Of a DNA stretch of 64,000 nucleotides, positions 20,648 to 30,532 are shown one piece after another. The number at the start of each line of letters is the position of its first letter. Within the stretch, counting starts at the first letter, position 1. The notes under the pieces are model-generated. The model saw only the letters and a list, made by a program, of their open reading frames with translations. It had not been told where the DNA came from and made no database searches. Source of the stretch: an uncultured delta proteobacterium (GTDB lineage: Bacteria > Myxococcota_A > UBA9160 > SMWR01); contig CAWHTE010000003.1 of the NCBI GenBank assembly GCA_963832165.1, positions 544,001-608,000 of the forward strand. Direction: 5' to 3'. The position numbers and the translations under genes are program-made.

Positions 20648-21105
20648 AGCGCGCGAGCGCCGGAATCCTCTTGTTTCGCCGCCACGCCGGGGTGGTCGAG
20701 GTGTTCCTCGTCCACCCCGGCGGGCCGTTCTGGGCAAAACGAGATGCCGGCGCGTGGTCGATCCCGAAGGGCGAGCTCGAGGACGGGTACGACCCGCTCG
20801 ACACTGCTCAGCGCGAGTTCCGCGAGGAGACCGGGTTCGAGGCGGCGTTCGCGAGGTTCGATCCGCTCGCTCCGGTGCGCCAGGCCGGAGGGAAGATCGT
20901 CCATGCGTGGGCTGCGGAAGGCGACTGCGATGCGAGCGCCATTCGCAGCAATACGTTCACGCTCGGGACGCGGTCCTATCCGGAGGTCGACCGCGCGGGC
21001 TGGTTTGCGCTCGACGAGGCGCGGCGGAAGATCCTCGGCGGGCAGCGGCCGCTGCTCGACGCGCTGGAGCAGCTACTTGCGGCGCCACCGCGTGCCGGTG
21101 GGTGA
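20644..21105 (+). CDS. NUDIX hydrolase (start uncertain, possibly CTG overlapping the GST stop)
   Basis: SAGILL, LVHPGGPFW and WSIPKGE...AQREFREETG Nudix box. Confidence 0.85.
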   Translation: MKRASAGILLFRRHAGVVEVFLVHPGGPFWAKRDAGAWSIPKGELEDGYDPLDTAQREFREETGFEAAFARFDPLAPVRQAGGKIVHAWAAEGDCDASAIRSNTFTLGTRSYPEVDRAGWFALDEARRKILGGQRPLLDALEQLLAAPPRAGG

Positions 21106-22500
21106 GTCGAGCAGCTCGACGCCGCGTTGCGCGAGCTCGTCGCGGATCTGATCGGCGCGTGCCCAGCTCTTCGCGGCGCGCGCGGCGACGCGCTCGGCCA
21201 CGAGCGCGTCGATCTCGGCGTCGTCCGCACCGCTCGCGGGCGTCTCGGAGAGCACGCCGAAGATCTGGTCGAACTCGCGCATCGCCGCGACCGCGCGTGC
21301 GGCGTCGGCGCGGCAGGGCTCGGCGCGGTTCACCGCGGTCATGAAGTTGTGGATCACCGCGAGCGCGACCGACGTGTTCAGATCGTCTTCGAGCGCGGCG
21401 GCGAAGTCGCGTCGCGCGGACTCGATCGCGTCCGCGATCGCGGGCTGGTCCGGCCGCTCGGGCCGCTCCGCCATCTCGTAGTGAACGAAGTGGTCGAGCT
21501 TCGCGCGCGTCTTCGCGGCCTCGTCGATCAGCGCGAGGTCGAAGGGCAGGGGTGAGCGGTAGTGCGTGCGCAGCAGGTAGAGACGGAGGTCCGCTCCCGT
21601 GTAGCCCTTCGCGATCAGCTCGGGAATCGTGTACAGCGTCCCGGCGCGTTTGCTCATCTTCTCGCCGCCGATCTCGAGCCAGCCGCAGTGGATCCAGTGG
21701 CGCACGAACGGATGGCCCGTGACGCCCTCGCTCTGCGCGATCTCGCACTCGTGGTGCGGGAACTTGTTGTCGGGGCCGCCCGTGTGGATGTCGAGCGTGT
21801 CGCCGAGATACTTGCGCGACATCGCCGAGCACTCGATGTGCCAGCCCGGGAAGCCGCGCCCGAACGGCGAATCCCACTGCATCAGGTGCTTCGGGTCGCG
21901 CTTCCAGAGCGCGAAATCGGCCGGGTGGCGCTTCTCGCTGCGTTCCTCGACGCGGCCCGATGCGCCGGCCTCGAGCTCCGCGAGCGTGTTGCCCGAGAGG
22001 GCGCCGTAGCGCGGGAACGAGCGCACGTCGAAGTAGACGTTGCCCTCTGCGGCGTACGCGTGGCCGTTCGCGAGCAGCGCCTCGATCATCGCGATCATCT
22101 CGGGCACGTGTTCGGTGGCGCGCGGGTAGACGTGGGCGGGCACGATCCGAAGCGCCGCGAGATCCTCCTTGAAGTTGGCCTCCTCTTCGCGCGCGATCTG
22201 CCAGGGGTCGAGCTTGCGCCGAGCGGCTTCCTTCTGGAGCTTGTCCTCGCCCGTCGCGTCGGCGGCATCGTCCTCGGTCAGATGGCCGACGTCGGTGATG
22301 TTCATGATCTGCGTGACGCGCCGGCCCTGTGCCTCGAACGTGCGGCGCAACAGGTCGGCGAGCATGAACGCGCGGAAGTTGCCGATGTGCTGGCGCTTGT
22401 AGACGGTCGGCCCGCAGTGGTACATCCGCACTTCACCCGCGACCTGCGGGAGCAGCTCCTCCACGCGACCGGTCAGGCTGTTGTGCAGCCGCATCGCCAT
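21073..22500 (-). CDS. cysS: Cysteine--tRNA ligase
   Basis: CGPTVY, HIGN, DFALWK, GFPGWHIECSAM, FPHHECE and KMSK. Confidence 0.97.
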   Translation of the reverse strand: MAMRLHNSLTGRVEELLPQVAGEVRMYHCGPTVYKRQHIGNFRAFMLADLLRRTFEAQGRRVTQIMNITDVGHLTEDDAADATGEDKLQKEAARRKLDPWQIAREEEANFKEDLAALRIVPAHVYPRATEHVPEMIAMIEALLANGHAYAAEGNVYFDVRSFPRYGALSGNTLAELEAGASGRVEERSEKRHPADFALWKRDPKHLMQWDSPFGRGFPGWHIECSAMSRKYLGDTLDIHTGGPDNKFPHHECEIAQSEGVTGHPFVRHWIHCGWLEIGGEKMSKRAGTLYTIPELIAKGYTGADLRLYLLRTHYRSPLPFDLALIDEAAKTRAKLDHFVHYEMAERPERPDQPAIADAIESARRDFAAALEDDLNTSVALAVIHNFMTAVNRAEPCRADAARAVAAMREFDQIFGVLSETPASGADDAEIDALVAERVAARAAKSWARADQIRDELAQRGVELLDSPTGTRWRRK

Positions 22501-22510
22501 TGGGGCGCGT

Positions 22511-23338
22511 TCAGGGCAGCGCGGCGATGTACGTGACCCACGCCGGATCGTCCGGCGCGCGCTTGGCGCGGTAGTACACCCCGGTGCCTTCGTTGCTCTT
22601 GCGGTCGGTGCGCTCCCAGTAGGTCTCGGTGCGCGAGAAGCCGACCTCGTGCAGCGCGTCGCGCACCTCCGGGATGCTCCAGAGCCTCCAGTCGTAGTGG
22701 AACGCGCGCTCGATCCGGCTGCCGTCCGGGAACTCGAAGTGGATGTAGTTGACGGCCCGGTTGTTGATCGGGTCGAAGACGTCCTGGTCCCAGACGTAGT
22801 CGAACTCGGTGTGATCGCGCGTCTCGGTCATCGTGCGTTGCGAGTCCGCGCCGCCATACAAGTCGACCACGAACAGGCCGTTCGGGTTCAGCGATTCGAG
22901 CGCTCGGCGGAAGTACGCCAGCAGCTGGCTGCGCTCCTGGAAGATGAAGTACGAGAAGTTGAAGCCGACCGTCACGTCGACGGCCTCGTGCTTCACCTGG
23001 CGCACGTCACCCTGGAGCAGGTGCACGCGCGAGGAGAGCTCGGGGCCGAGCTTCGGGAAGCTCTTCTTGCGCGCCCAGGAGAGCGGCCCCTGATCGATAT
23101 CGACACCCCACGCGCGATTCTCGGGGTCCGACTTGACCCACGCGCAGCACAGCGCGGCCGTTCCGCAGAAGTCCTCGCGCAAGAGGTGCGGATCGCGGTC
23201 GTAGTAGGTGCGGTACATGCGCTGGAGCAGCGCCACGTCGCCCTCGGGATCCTGGACCGCGGCCTCGTAGAGATCGTAGAGATCGACCTGCTCGGCCTGA
23301 GTCTGCTCGCGGCTCCTGCTGCGTCTCCTGCGTGCCAT
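22511..23338 (-). CDS. Class I SAM-dependent methyltransferase
   Basis: LYEAAVQ, LREDFCGTA, GVDID and FHYDWRLWSIPEV. Confidence 0.8.
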   Translation of the reverse strand: MARRRRSRSREQTQAEQVDLYDLYEAAVQDPEGDVALLQRMYRTYYDRDPHLLREDFCGTAALCCAWVKSDPENRAWGVDIDQGPLSWARKKSFPKLGPELSSRVHLLQGDVRQVKHEAVDVTVGFNFSYFIFQERSQLLAYFRRALESLNPNGLFVVDLYGGADSQRTMTETRDHTEFDYVWDQDVFDPINNRAVNYIHFEFPDGSRIERAFHYDWRLWSIPEVRDALHEVGFSRTETYWERTDRKSNEGTGVYYRAKRAPDDPAWVTYIAALP

Positions 23339-23385
23339 CGCGCCTTCCCCCCGTCGAGAACCCGCGGCAGTATGAGATGCCCGCG

Positions 23386-24129
23386 TTACTCCTTCCAGCC
23401 CTCGGTCGCCCCGCGGATCATCGCGAAGGGTCCGACCGGCCAGTTGAAGGTGTCGACCATGAGCTGGTTCACGTCCTCGCGGGAGGCGATCCCCTCGTCC
23501 ACCACGCGCTGCGCTTCGCGGATCATCGCGAAGTAGACCCGGTTGGCCACGAAGCCCCACGCGGTCGGGAAGTCCTTCACGACGATCGGGTTTTTGCCGC
23601 AGCGCGCTGCGATCTCCTTCACGCGCTGGATCGTCGCCTCCGAAGTCTTCGGCGCGGCGACGATCTCGGCGAGGCGCATGATCGGCGGCGGCGAGGCCCA
23701 GTGCCAGCCGATCACGCGATCCGGCCGGTTCGTGACGGCGGCGAGCGCGGTGATCGGGAATCCCGAGGTGTTGGAGGCGAGGATCGTGGCCGGCGCCGCG
23801 CGCGCGTCGAGGTCTCGGAACACCTGGAGCTTCAAATCGAGGCGCTCGGGCACGCACTCGAGCACGAGGTCGCAGGCCACCGCCTCGTCGAGCGACGTCG
23901 TGAACGAGAGCCGCGCCAGCGCGGCGTCCGCGTCGACACGACTCTGCTTGCCGCGCGAAACAGCGCGGTCCAAACCGTAGCGACCCGACACCACGTTCTG
24001 TCGACCGCGCTCGAGCGCCTGCGCATCGATGTCGGTGCACACCGTCCGGATTCCCGCACTGGCCAGCGTCTGTGCGATGCCGCTGCCCATGACGCCCGCG
24101 CCGATCACGCCCACGCTCACGTCCTTCAC
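23386..24129 (-). CDS. 3-hydroxyacyl-CoA dehydrogenase family protein
   Basis: GVIGAGVMGSGIA, ECVPERLDLK, LASNTS, GFVANR and PVGPF. Confidence 0.9.
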   Translation of the reverse strand: MKDVSVGVIGAGVMGSGIAQTLASAGIRTVCTDIDAQALERGRQNVVSGRYGLDRAVSRGKQSRVDADAALARLSFTTSLDEAVACDLVLECVPERLDLKLQVFRDLDARAAPATILASNTSGFPITALAAVTNRPDRVIGWHWASPPPIMRLAEIVAAPKTSEATIQRVKEIAARCGKNPIVVKDFPTAWGFVANRVYFAMIREAQRVVDEGIASREDVNQLMVDTFNWPVGPFAMIRGATEGWKE

Positions 24130-25334
24130 GAGTTCCTCCTCAGGGGTTCGCTGCGCCGGCTGCGCCAGGCGAGCAGGCGCTCGCGCAGCGCATCGACCGT
24201 GTTGCACTCGGGGTCGGCCGTCACCGCTTTGGTGAGATGCTCGAGTGCGCGGCCGACCTCGGGGCCCGGCCCGCAGGCCAGGAGCTCCATCACGGCCCGC
24301 CCGTCGAGTGCGAGCGGTACCTCGGACGCGTCCGAGGTCCGCGCGCGCACGAGCTCGATCGCTCGAGACAGCGCTTCGAGCCGGTCGCCCGCGGCGGTGT
24401 CCTCGCCGCGCGCCCCGATCTCCGCGCGGCGCAGCGCGATCAGATCCGGCAGCACGGTCTCGGATCGCCGCACCAGGCGGCGGAACGTCGCTTCGTGGTT
24501 CGGGTTCGCGACCGCATCGATCGGATGGAGGTGGAGCAGCCGCTCGACCGCGATCACGCGCGGCCGCGGCTCGCGCCAGCGCCGCAGGATGCGCACGACC
24601 CGTGTGCCGCGCAGCCAGCCCGCGAGGCGCAGCTCGAGATCGGCCGGCAGCGCCGCCACCACCGCAGCCGCATCGGACGCGACGCCCTCCGCGATCACCG
24701 CTTCGAGCCCACTCTCGCGCAGCAGCGCCAGGCCCCGATCGGCGAAGGGTCCGAGCAGCAGCGCATGGAGCTCGGCGCGCACGCGCACTTCGTGCAAGGT
24801 GGCGATGCGACCGCATTGGTCGCGCAGTGCGGCCGCGAGCGACGGGCTGGGCACGAGCCCGCGCGTGGCGACGAGCCGCGCCGCGCGGAGCATGCGCAGC
24901 GGATCCTCTGCGAAGCGTTCGGGAGCGCGGCCTACGCAGCGCAGCCGCGAAGCATCGACGTCGCTCTGGCCTGCGAACGGGTCGAGCACATGGCCCTCCG
25001 CGTCGACCGCGAGCGCGTGGAGGGTGAAGTCGCGGTGCCCGAGCTCGCCGCAGATCCCCGACCCGTGGACGTGGGGGACGAGCTCGATCGGCCCCGCGGT
25101 CGTGGGCAGCATGAGGCGCCTCGGCACCGGGTCGAGCGGAATCGCGCGCGGAAACAGCGCGAGCAGCGCACGGCCATCGGCGTCCGTGGAGATCTCGAAG
25201 TCCCGCACGGGCTCGCCGTCGAGCAATCCGCGCACCGCGGGACCTACCGCATGGGTCTCGTGTCCGCGCGCAGCGAGCTGCGCGACGACGGCAGCGACCG
25301 CGGGCGGAAGCTGTAGCGGGCTGAGGTTGCTCAT
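24126..25334 (-). CDS. Class II tRNA nucleotidyltransferase / poly(A) polymerase family protein with altered catalytic motifs
   Basis: RDFT, DPFAG, RFAEDPLRMLRAAR and C-terminal GPEVG; motif A reads GPAVRG...DFE. Confidence 0.8.
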   Translation of the reverse strand: MSNLSPLQLPPAVAAVVAQLAARGHETHAVGPAVRGLLDGEPVRDFEISTDADGRALLALFPRAIPLDPVPRRLMLPTTAGPIELVPHVHGSGICGELGHRDFTLHALAVDAEGHVLDPFAGQSDVDASRLRCVGRAPERFAEDPLRMLRAARLVATRGLVPSPSLAAALRDQCGRIATLHEVRVRAELHALLLGPFADRGLALLRESGLEAVIAEGVASDAAAVVAALPADLELRLAGWLRGTRVVRILRRWREPRPRVIAVERLLHLHPIDAVANPNHEATFRRLVRRSETVLPDLIALRRAEIGARGEDTAAGDRLEALSRAIELVRARTSDASEVPLALDGRAVMELLACGPGPEVGRALEHLTKAVTADPECNTVDALRERLLAWRSRRSEPLRRNS

Positions 25335-25450
25335 GCGCGCAGTGTACAAATCGAGGTACCGTATGCGCGCATGCAGTGTGCGACGCCGGCGCAGTCGTTC
25401 ATCCCGGAATCGGAGCGCGGGCCGGTCGCGTGGGTCGCGGGGCTTCCCGG

Positions 25451-26359
25451 ATGACCTCGAGCGCCGTCCAGAGGGTGGCGTCCGCGCGTCGCCAGGAGGA
25501 GCCGGGCTTCTTGTCGCGCTTCGTGCCCGCACCCGTGCGGGCGATGCTCGAGGAGATCGACGAGCGCACGGCGCGCATTCCCACGCGGCTCAACGAGTAC
25601 GGATACGACCCGTTCGGCTTCGATCCGGTCTCGATGCGTTATTCGAATCTCCTGATGACCTGGATCTACCGGACCTACTTCCGCGTCGACGCGCGCGGTG
25701 TCGAACGGGTTCCGCCCGGACGCGTGCTGCTGATCGCGAATCACGCCGGAAATACGTTCGCGTGGGACGGCGCGATGCTCGCGACGGCGATGTTCCTCGA
25801 GGCCGATCCGCCGCGGCTCGTGCGCGGAATGGCGGAGTACTTCCTGCCGACGCTGCCGTTTTTCAACGTAATGCTGCATCGCTCCGGCAGCGTGGTCGGT
25901 CGGCCCGAGAACTGCGTGCGGCTGCTTCAGCAGGGCGAGGCGATCATGGCGTTCCCGGAAGGGGAGCGCGGCTTCGTGAAGACCTACCGCCAGCGCTATC
26001 AGCTCCAGCGGTTCGGTCTCGGATTCATGCGCCTCGCGCTCGAGACCGGGACGCCGATCGTTCCGATCGGGATCGTGGGCGGGGAGGAGCAGTCGCCCGG
26101 GATCGCCAACGTGCGCTCGCTAGGGCGCCTGATCGGCTCGCCCGCGTTTCCGATCACGCTCACGTTCCCGTTCCTGGGGCTCGCGGGCTTCCTTCCGCTG
26201 CCGGTCCGGTTCCATCTCCACTTCGGGAATCCGATCCAGTTCGAAGGCGATCAGAACGAGGACGACACGGCGATCCAGGAGCGCGTGGACGTGGTGAAGG
26301 AGGAGATCCGGCGCCTGATCGCGGACGGACTCGCCGCGCGCAAGAGCTGGTTCACGTAG
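25451..26359 (+). CDS. Lysophospholipid/glycerol acyltransferase (PlsC-like)
   Basis: GYDPFG, NHAG...D (HxxxxD-like), FPEG and PIVP. Confidence 0.85.
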   Translation: MTSSAVQRVASARRQEEPGFLSRFVPAPVRAMLEEIDERTARIPTRLNEYGYDPFGFDPVSMRYSNLLMTWIYRTYFRVDARGVERVPPGRVLLIANHAGNTFAWDGAMLATAMFLEADPPRLVRGMAEYFLPTLPFFNVMLHRSGSVVGRPENCVRLLQQGEAIMAFPEGERGFVKTYRQRYQLQRFGLGFMRLALETGTPIVPIGIVGGEEQSPGIANVRSLGRLIGSPAFPITLTFPFLGLAGFLPLPVRFHLHFGNPIQFEGDQNEDDTAIQERVDVVKEEIRRLIADGLAARKSWFT

Positions 26360-26394
26360 TCCTGTAGGGCGGGAACTCGAAGCGATCCCGCCGT

Positions 26395-27132
26395 TCAGAA
26401 CGCCGCGCGCCTCATCACCGCGCGCGGCAGCGCGCACACCGCTCTCATCACCGCGCGCCAGACTCCCGGTGCGTAGACCACCGGCGTGCCGCGGACGAGC
26501 GCGCGCACGACCTGGCGCGCAACCGCATCGGCGGTGCCCGCGAACGGCGGCGGGGCGAGCCCCTCCGTCATCGCGGTGTCGACGAAGCCCGGCTTCACCG
26601 TGATCACGCGGAGCCCCTGCCGGTAGTACCGGTGGTCGAGCCCTTCGAGGTAATGCGACAGACCCGCCTTGGCGGCGCCGTAGAGCACCACCGGGCTGCG
26701 GCCGCGGTCACCCGCGACCGACGAGAACACACAGAGCGTGCCGCCGCCGCGTGCGATCAATCGCGTGCGCACGGCCTCACACCACTCGATGCTATGCGCG
26801 AAGTTGGCCGCGAGCATGTCGCGCCGGAAGCGCGCGTCGGTTTCGAGCTGGTCCTGCGGCGCGAACAGACCCGCGGTGAGGATCGCGGTGTTGAAGCCGT
26901 CGAGCGCGCGATCGGCCGCATCGAGCCCGGCGCTGAATCCGCTCGGGTCGAGCAGATCGCAGTGCGCGCTGCCCACGGGCGGGCGCGCGCCACGCACCTC
27001 GAGATCGCGCGCGCTGCGCACGAGCTCACCCGCGTCGCGGCCGAGCAGGAACAACCGCTCGCCACGAAGAGCGAGCGCGCGCGCGACGGCGCGTCCCATG
27101 CCACGCGTCGCACCGAGCAGCACCGCCTTCAC
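26395..27132 (-). CDS. SDR oxidoreductase, DprE2-like
   Basis: GATRGMG, SSVAGDRGR, YGAAK and VKPGFVDTAMT; GTGA-coupled to the DprE1-like gene. Confidence 0.8.
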   Translation of the reverse strand: MKAVLLGATRGMGRAVARALALRGERLFLLGRDAGELVRSARDLEVRGARPPVGSAHCDLLDPSGFSAGLDAADRALDGFNTAILTAGLFAPQDQLETDARFRRDMLAANFAHSIEWCEAVRTRLIARGGGTLCVFSSVAGDRGRSPVVLYGAAKAGLSHYLEGLDHRYYRQGLRVITVKPGFVDTAMTEGLAPPPFAGTADAVARQVVRALVRGTPVVYAPGVWRAVMRAVCALPRAVMRRAAF

Positions 27133-28457
27133 GGCGTGTCGTCCAGCAGGCGCTGTGAGAGCGCACTCGTGAGCCGGCGCTCTGGATCCCACTTGCGCCG
27201 TACCTGGTTCCAGCGCGCCAGGCGCGGCTCCATCGCGGCGAAGTGATCGCGGCGCGTGAGCGCGTCCTTGGTGAGATAGATCCGGCCATCCGCTCCGATC
27301 ACGATCTCGTTCAGCGCGTCGACGAGGGCCTGCGTGGCAACGGGGCGGTAGGGCAGGTCTAGCGCGAGCGACATCCCGGGCATCGGGAACGAAATCATGC
27401 CCCGGCCCTCGGCTCCACAGTCCTTGATCACGGACACGGGCGACGCTCCCCCCATACGGCTCACGACCTCGAGCAGTCGGCGGAAGGTGTCGGGATCGGC
27501 GCCTTCCGGGATCACGCATTGGTATTGGGCCATTCCGCGGCGCCCGTAGAGGCGGTTCCAGTGCCGCACTTCGTCGAGCGGATAGAAGAACGGCTGGGGA
27601 TGGACGATCCGCTCGCGCACGGGTTCGCGGTGCGCGTGGAAGTAGAAGGTGTTGAAGGGCCGGATGCTCCACGGACCGACGAACCAGCCTGGCAGATCGA
27701 ACGGCACCGCGAAGCGCTCGCGCAGGCGAGGTGCTGAGGGGGGTGCCTCGTGTGCCTCCGCATAGCGCCCGCTCGTGACGATGCCGCGCCCGAGTGCGCT
27801 GCCGCGCGCGGTCGTGTCGACCCAGGCCGCGGCGAAGGGCGCGCTCGCGCTGGCCGACTTGAGCACCGCGATCAGCTCATCGAGATTGCGAACGCGCTCG
27901 CTCCGCCCCTGGATCCAGAAGCTCGGGATGCGCTCGAGCTGCAGCTCCACCTCGAGCACGTGACCCGTGAGCCCCATCCCGCCCAGCGTGGCGCGGAACA
28001 GATCGGGCTCGGACGCCTCATCCACCTCCAGCACGCGGCCGTCGCCGACGCGCATGCGCAGCGCGCGAACGTATTCACCCAGGCAGCCCGCGACGTGGTG
28101 GTTCTTGCCGTGCACGTCCGAGGCGACCATCCCGCCGAGCGTCACGTACTGGGTACCCGGAGAGACGGGGGAGGCCCAGCCGCGCGCCGGGAAGATCTCG
28201 TTGATCGCGCGCAGGGCGAGGCCTGCCTCAGCGCGCAGTACCCCGGTGTCGGCGTCGAAGGACAGGATGCGGTCCGCGCGGCGCGTGCAGAGCGCGGGGC
28301 CGCGGACGGGTAGGGACGCATCGCCGTACGAGCGCCCGAGTCCGCGCGAGATCGTGGCTTCGGCGCTCGCCGCTTCGAGGTTCTCGGCCTCTCGCTGTTC
28401 GGCGCGGACGACCGGGTAGCGGCCCCAGCCGCTGAGTTCCTTCATGGACGGGTTCAT
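27129..28457 (-). CDS. FAD-binding oxidoreductase, DprE1-like
   Basis: SGWGRYP, RGLGRSYGD, PGTQYVTLGG, DVHGKNHH, WNRLYG and GRIYLTKD. Confidence 0.85.
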   Translation of the reverse strand: MNPSMKELSGWGRYPVVRAEQREAENLEAASAEATISRGLGRSYGDASLPVRGPALCTRRADRILSFDADTGVLRAEAGLALRAINEIFPARGWASPVSPGTQYVTLGGMVASDVHGKNHHVAGCLGEYVRALRMRVGDGRVLEVDEASEPDLFRATLGGMGLTGHVLEVELQLERIPSFWIQGRSERVRNLDELIAVLKSASASAPFAAAWVDTTARGSALGRGIVTSGRYAEAHEAPPSAPRLRERFAVPFDLPGWFVGPWSIRPFNTFYFHAHREPVRERIVHPQPFFYPLDEVRHWNRLYGRRGMAQYQCVIPEGADPDTFRRLLEVVSRMGGASPVSVIKDCGAEGRGMISFPMPGMSLALDLPYRPVATQALVDALNEIVIGADGRIYLTKDALTRRDHFAAMEPRLARWNQVRRKWDPERRLTSALSQRLLDDTP

Positions 28458-28506
28458 CGGGTCGGCACGCGCGAGGCGTGAGTTCGATCGTACCGCAATG
28501 GATTGG

Positions 28507-29805
28507 TTATGCGACGTGGAACCGCTTCATCTTCTTGTAGAGGCCCTCGCGCGTAAGCCCCAGCCTGCGCGCGGTTTCGCTGCGATGTCCCGCGTTCCGG
28601 TCGAGTGCGGAGCGGATCAGCCATGCCTCGACCCGCGCGAGCGTATCGCGCAGGTACTCGTCACCCGCGCATGCGAGTCCCTCGATCTCTGGCGGCGGCT
28701 TCTCCGCCGCGAGCAGGTCGAAGTGCTCCTCGCCGAGCGCCGCGCCGCGCGAAGCGAGCACGAGTGCGCGCAGGATCGCGTTCTCGAGCTCGCGCACGTT
28801 TCCGTTCCAACGATGCGCGAGAAGCCGACGCCGTGCCCCGGGCGAGAGCGTGCAGCTGGGCTTGCCTTCGCCGGCGCCGTGGAGATCGAGGAAGTGCTGC
28901 GCGAGTGCGACCACATCCTCGGGCCGTTCGCGCAGCGGCGGCAGCCGGATCGGGAACACGTGCAGCCGGAAGAACAGATCCTCGCGAAAGCGACCGCGTG
29001 CGACCTCGCGGTGCAGATCGCGGTGGGTCGCGGCGACGATGCGCACGTCCACGTCGCGAGAGCGCGTGCCGCCGAGCGGGCGCACGGCGCGATCCTGGAG
29101 CACGCGCAGGAGCTTCGCCTGGAAGGCGCCCGATGTTTCGCCGACCTCGTCGAGGAAGAGTGTTCCCGTGTGAGCTTCTTCGAATGCACCACGCCGATCC
29201 CGCTCGGCGCCCGTGAAGGCTCCGCGCGCGTGACCGAACAGCTCACTCTCGAGCAGCGAGTCGGGGAGCGCCGCGCAGTTGATTGCGACGAACGGGCGGT
29301 CGCAGCGCGCGCTGCCCGCATGGATCGCGCGCGCCACGACCTCCTTGCCGGAGCCCGTCTCCCCGAGCAGGAGCACCGTGACGCTCGAGCGGGCCGCGCG
29401 CTCCGCTAGCGCCGCGACCGTTCGCATGCCCGCGGATTCTGCGATGAACGGCGACCGGGGTGGTGCAGCGTCGCTCGCAGGAGTGCCGCTGCAAAGGGCG
29501 AGGAAACGATCGACGAGACCCGCGTCGTTGCTGCTCGATGGAATCACCGCCGAGGCCCCGCGCGCCAGCCAGTGCGAGTCGAGGTCCACGTCGCTCGTCC
29601 AGACGAGTACCGGCGTCTGGCGGGATTTGCGGCGCGCGAGCCAGCGATCCGCACCGCCGACTTCGGCATCGAGCACGACCAGGTCGCAATCCGGCGCGCG
29701 CTCGGGGCAGCGTGATTCCCATGCGATGTCGATGCGCGGGTCGTCAGCGAGGTGGCCGGGAAAGCCGCGCGCGGGTCCGATCCAGAGCAGGGTTTTGATG
29801 GGCAA
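28507..29805 (-). CDS. Sigma-54-dependent Fis-family transcriptional activator with a degenerate receiver-like N-terminus
   Basis: TTG start after [43 protein letters not shown] and C-terminal HTH. Confidence 0.92.
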   Translation of the reverse strand: MPIKTLLWIGPARGFPGHLADDPRIDIAWESRCPERAPDCDLVVLDAEVGGADRWLARRKSRQTPVLVWTSDVDLDSHWLARGASAVIPSSSNDAGLVDRFLALCSGTPASDAAPPRSPFIAESAGMRTVAALAERAARSSVTVLLLGETGSGKEVVARAIHAGSARCDRPFVAINCAALPDSLLESELFGHARGAFTGAERDRRGAFEEAHTGTLFLDEVGETSGAFQAKLLRVLQDRAVRPLGGTRSRDVDVRIVAATHRDLHREVARGRFREDLFFRLHVFPIRLPPLRERPEDVVALAQHFLDLHGAGEGKPSCTLSPGARRRLLAHRWNGNVRELENAILRALVLASRGAALGEEHFDLLAAEKPPPEIEGLACAGDEYLRDTLARVEAWLIRSALDRNAGHRSETARRLGLTREGLYKKMKRFHVA

Positions 29806-29924
29806 GGGTCCTCCCGGGTGAGTGTGGGAGGACGAGAGCAAGCGGCGTGCCGCTCTATTCGCGCCGGCAATGCCGAGATCAGGGAACGCGCGGCCACTGG
29901 CCGGCCACGGCCGGCCAAGTGGCC

Positions 29925-29964
29925 AGAAACAGAAGGGCCCGGGTCGCCGAAGCGACCCGGGCCC
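29925..29964 (-). terminator. Rho-independent terminator of the gene at 29988-30365
   Basis: Perfect 13-bp stem GGGCCCGGGTCGC / GCGACCCGGGCCC with a C(UUCG)G loop on the minus strand, followed by TTCTGTTTCT. Confidence 0.8.
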
Positions 29965-29987
29965 GGTTGGTCTACAGAGCCAGTGCG

Positions 29988-30365
29988 TTAGTAGCGTCCG
30001 CGGTAGCCAACGTCCCTGCGGTAGTGACGCCGGTCGTCGCCGTCCCGATCACCGCGGCGCCAGTCGCGGCCGTGGTGGCGGTCCTTGTGGTGCCGGTGGT
30101 AGCCGCCGTAGTACGACGGCTGGTAGTACGGCCGCTCGTAGTAGACGGCGCGCGGCTGCTCATAGACGACGTACGGCCGCTCGTAGACGACCTCGTGCTG
30201 CACGACGACCGGAACCGGGAACGGGAACGGAGCCGAGAAGAAGAACCCGAAGTCCCCCGCCTTTGCCGGGGTCGCGGTGAACAGAACCATGCCAATCGCC
30301 ACAGCGAGAGCGGACAACGCGCGCGCCTTCGTGCGCGAGTTCGGGGTCGCGTTTCGGCGATCCAT
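29988..30365 (-). CDS. Small secreted low-complexity protein (Pro/Val/Tyr-rich, then His/Arg/Asp-rich)
   Basis: AAGGAG RBS, signal peptide ending AKA, repeated (V/Y)YE(R/Q)P units. Confidence 0.75.
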   Translation of the reverse strand: MDRRNATPNSRTKARALSALAVAIGMVLFTATPAKAGDFGFFFSAPFPFPVPVVVQHEVVYERPYVVYEQPRAVYYERPYYQPSYYGGYHRHHKDRHHGRDWRRGDRDGDDRRHYRRDVGYRGRY

Positions 30366-30512
30366 CTTTGATCTCCTTTTGATCCGAGGCCCGGTTCGGA
30401 ACCGGATCCTCTCAGTGGGTACGACGGGGCCCTCCCGGTCGTATTCGCGCCCGGCTCGAAATCGCAGTCGGACGGGCGCTTTCGCTGCATGACTGCACGT
30501 CAGGACCCAAAA

Positions 30513-30532
30513 ATTGTGATCCCCATCACAAT
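30513..30532. promoter_or_regulatory. CRP/FNR-family binding site
   Basis: Perfect palindrome ATTGTGAT-CCCC-ATCACAAT containing TGTGA-N6-TCACA in a divergent intergenic region. Confidence 0.7.

Noticed and set aside
26368..26392. Hairpin GGCGGGA...TCCCGCC between convergent genes
   Set aside because: Short stem, long loop and no U-tract; it may be a terminator but is not supportable.
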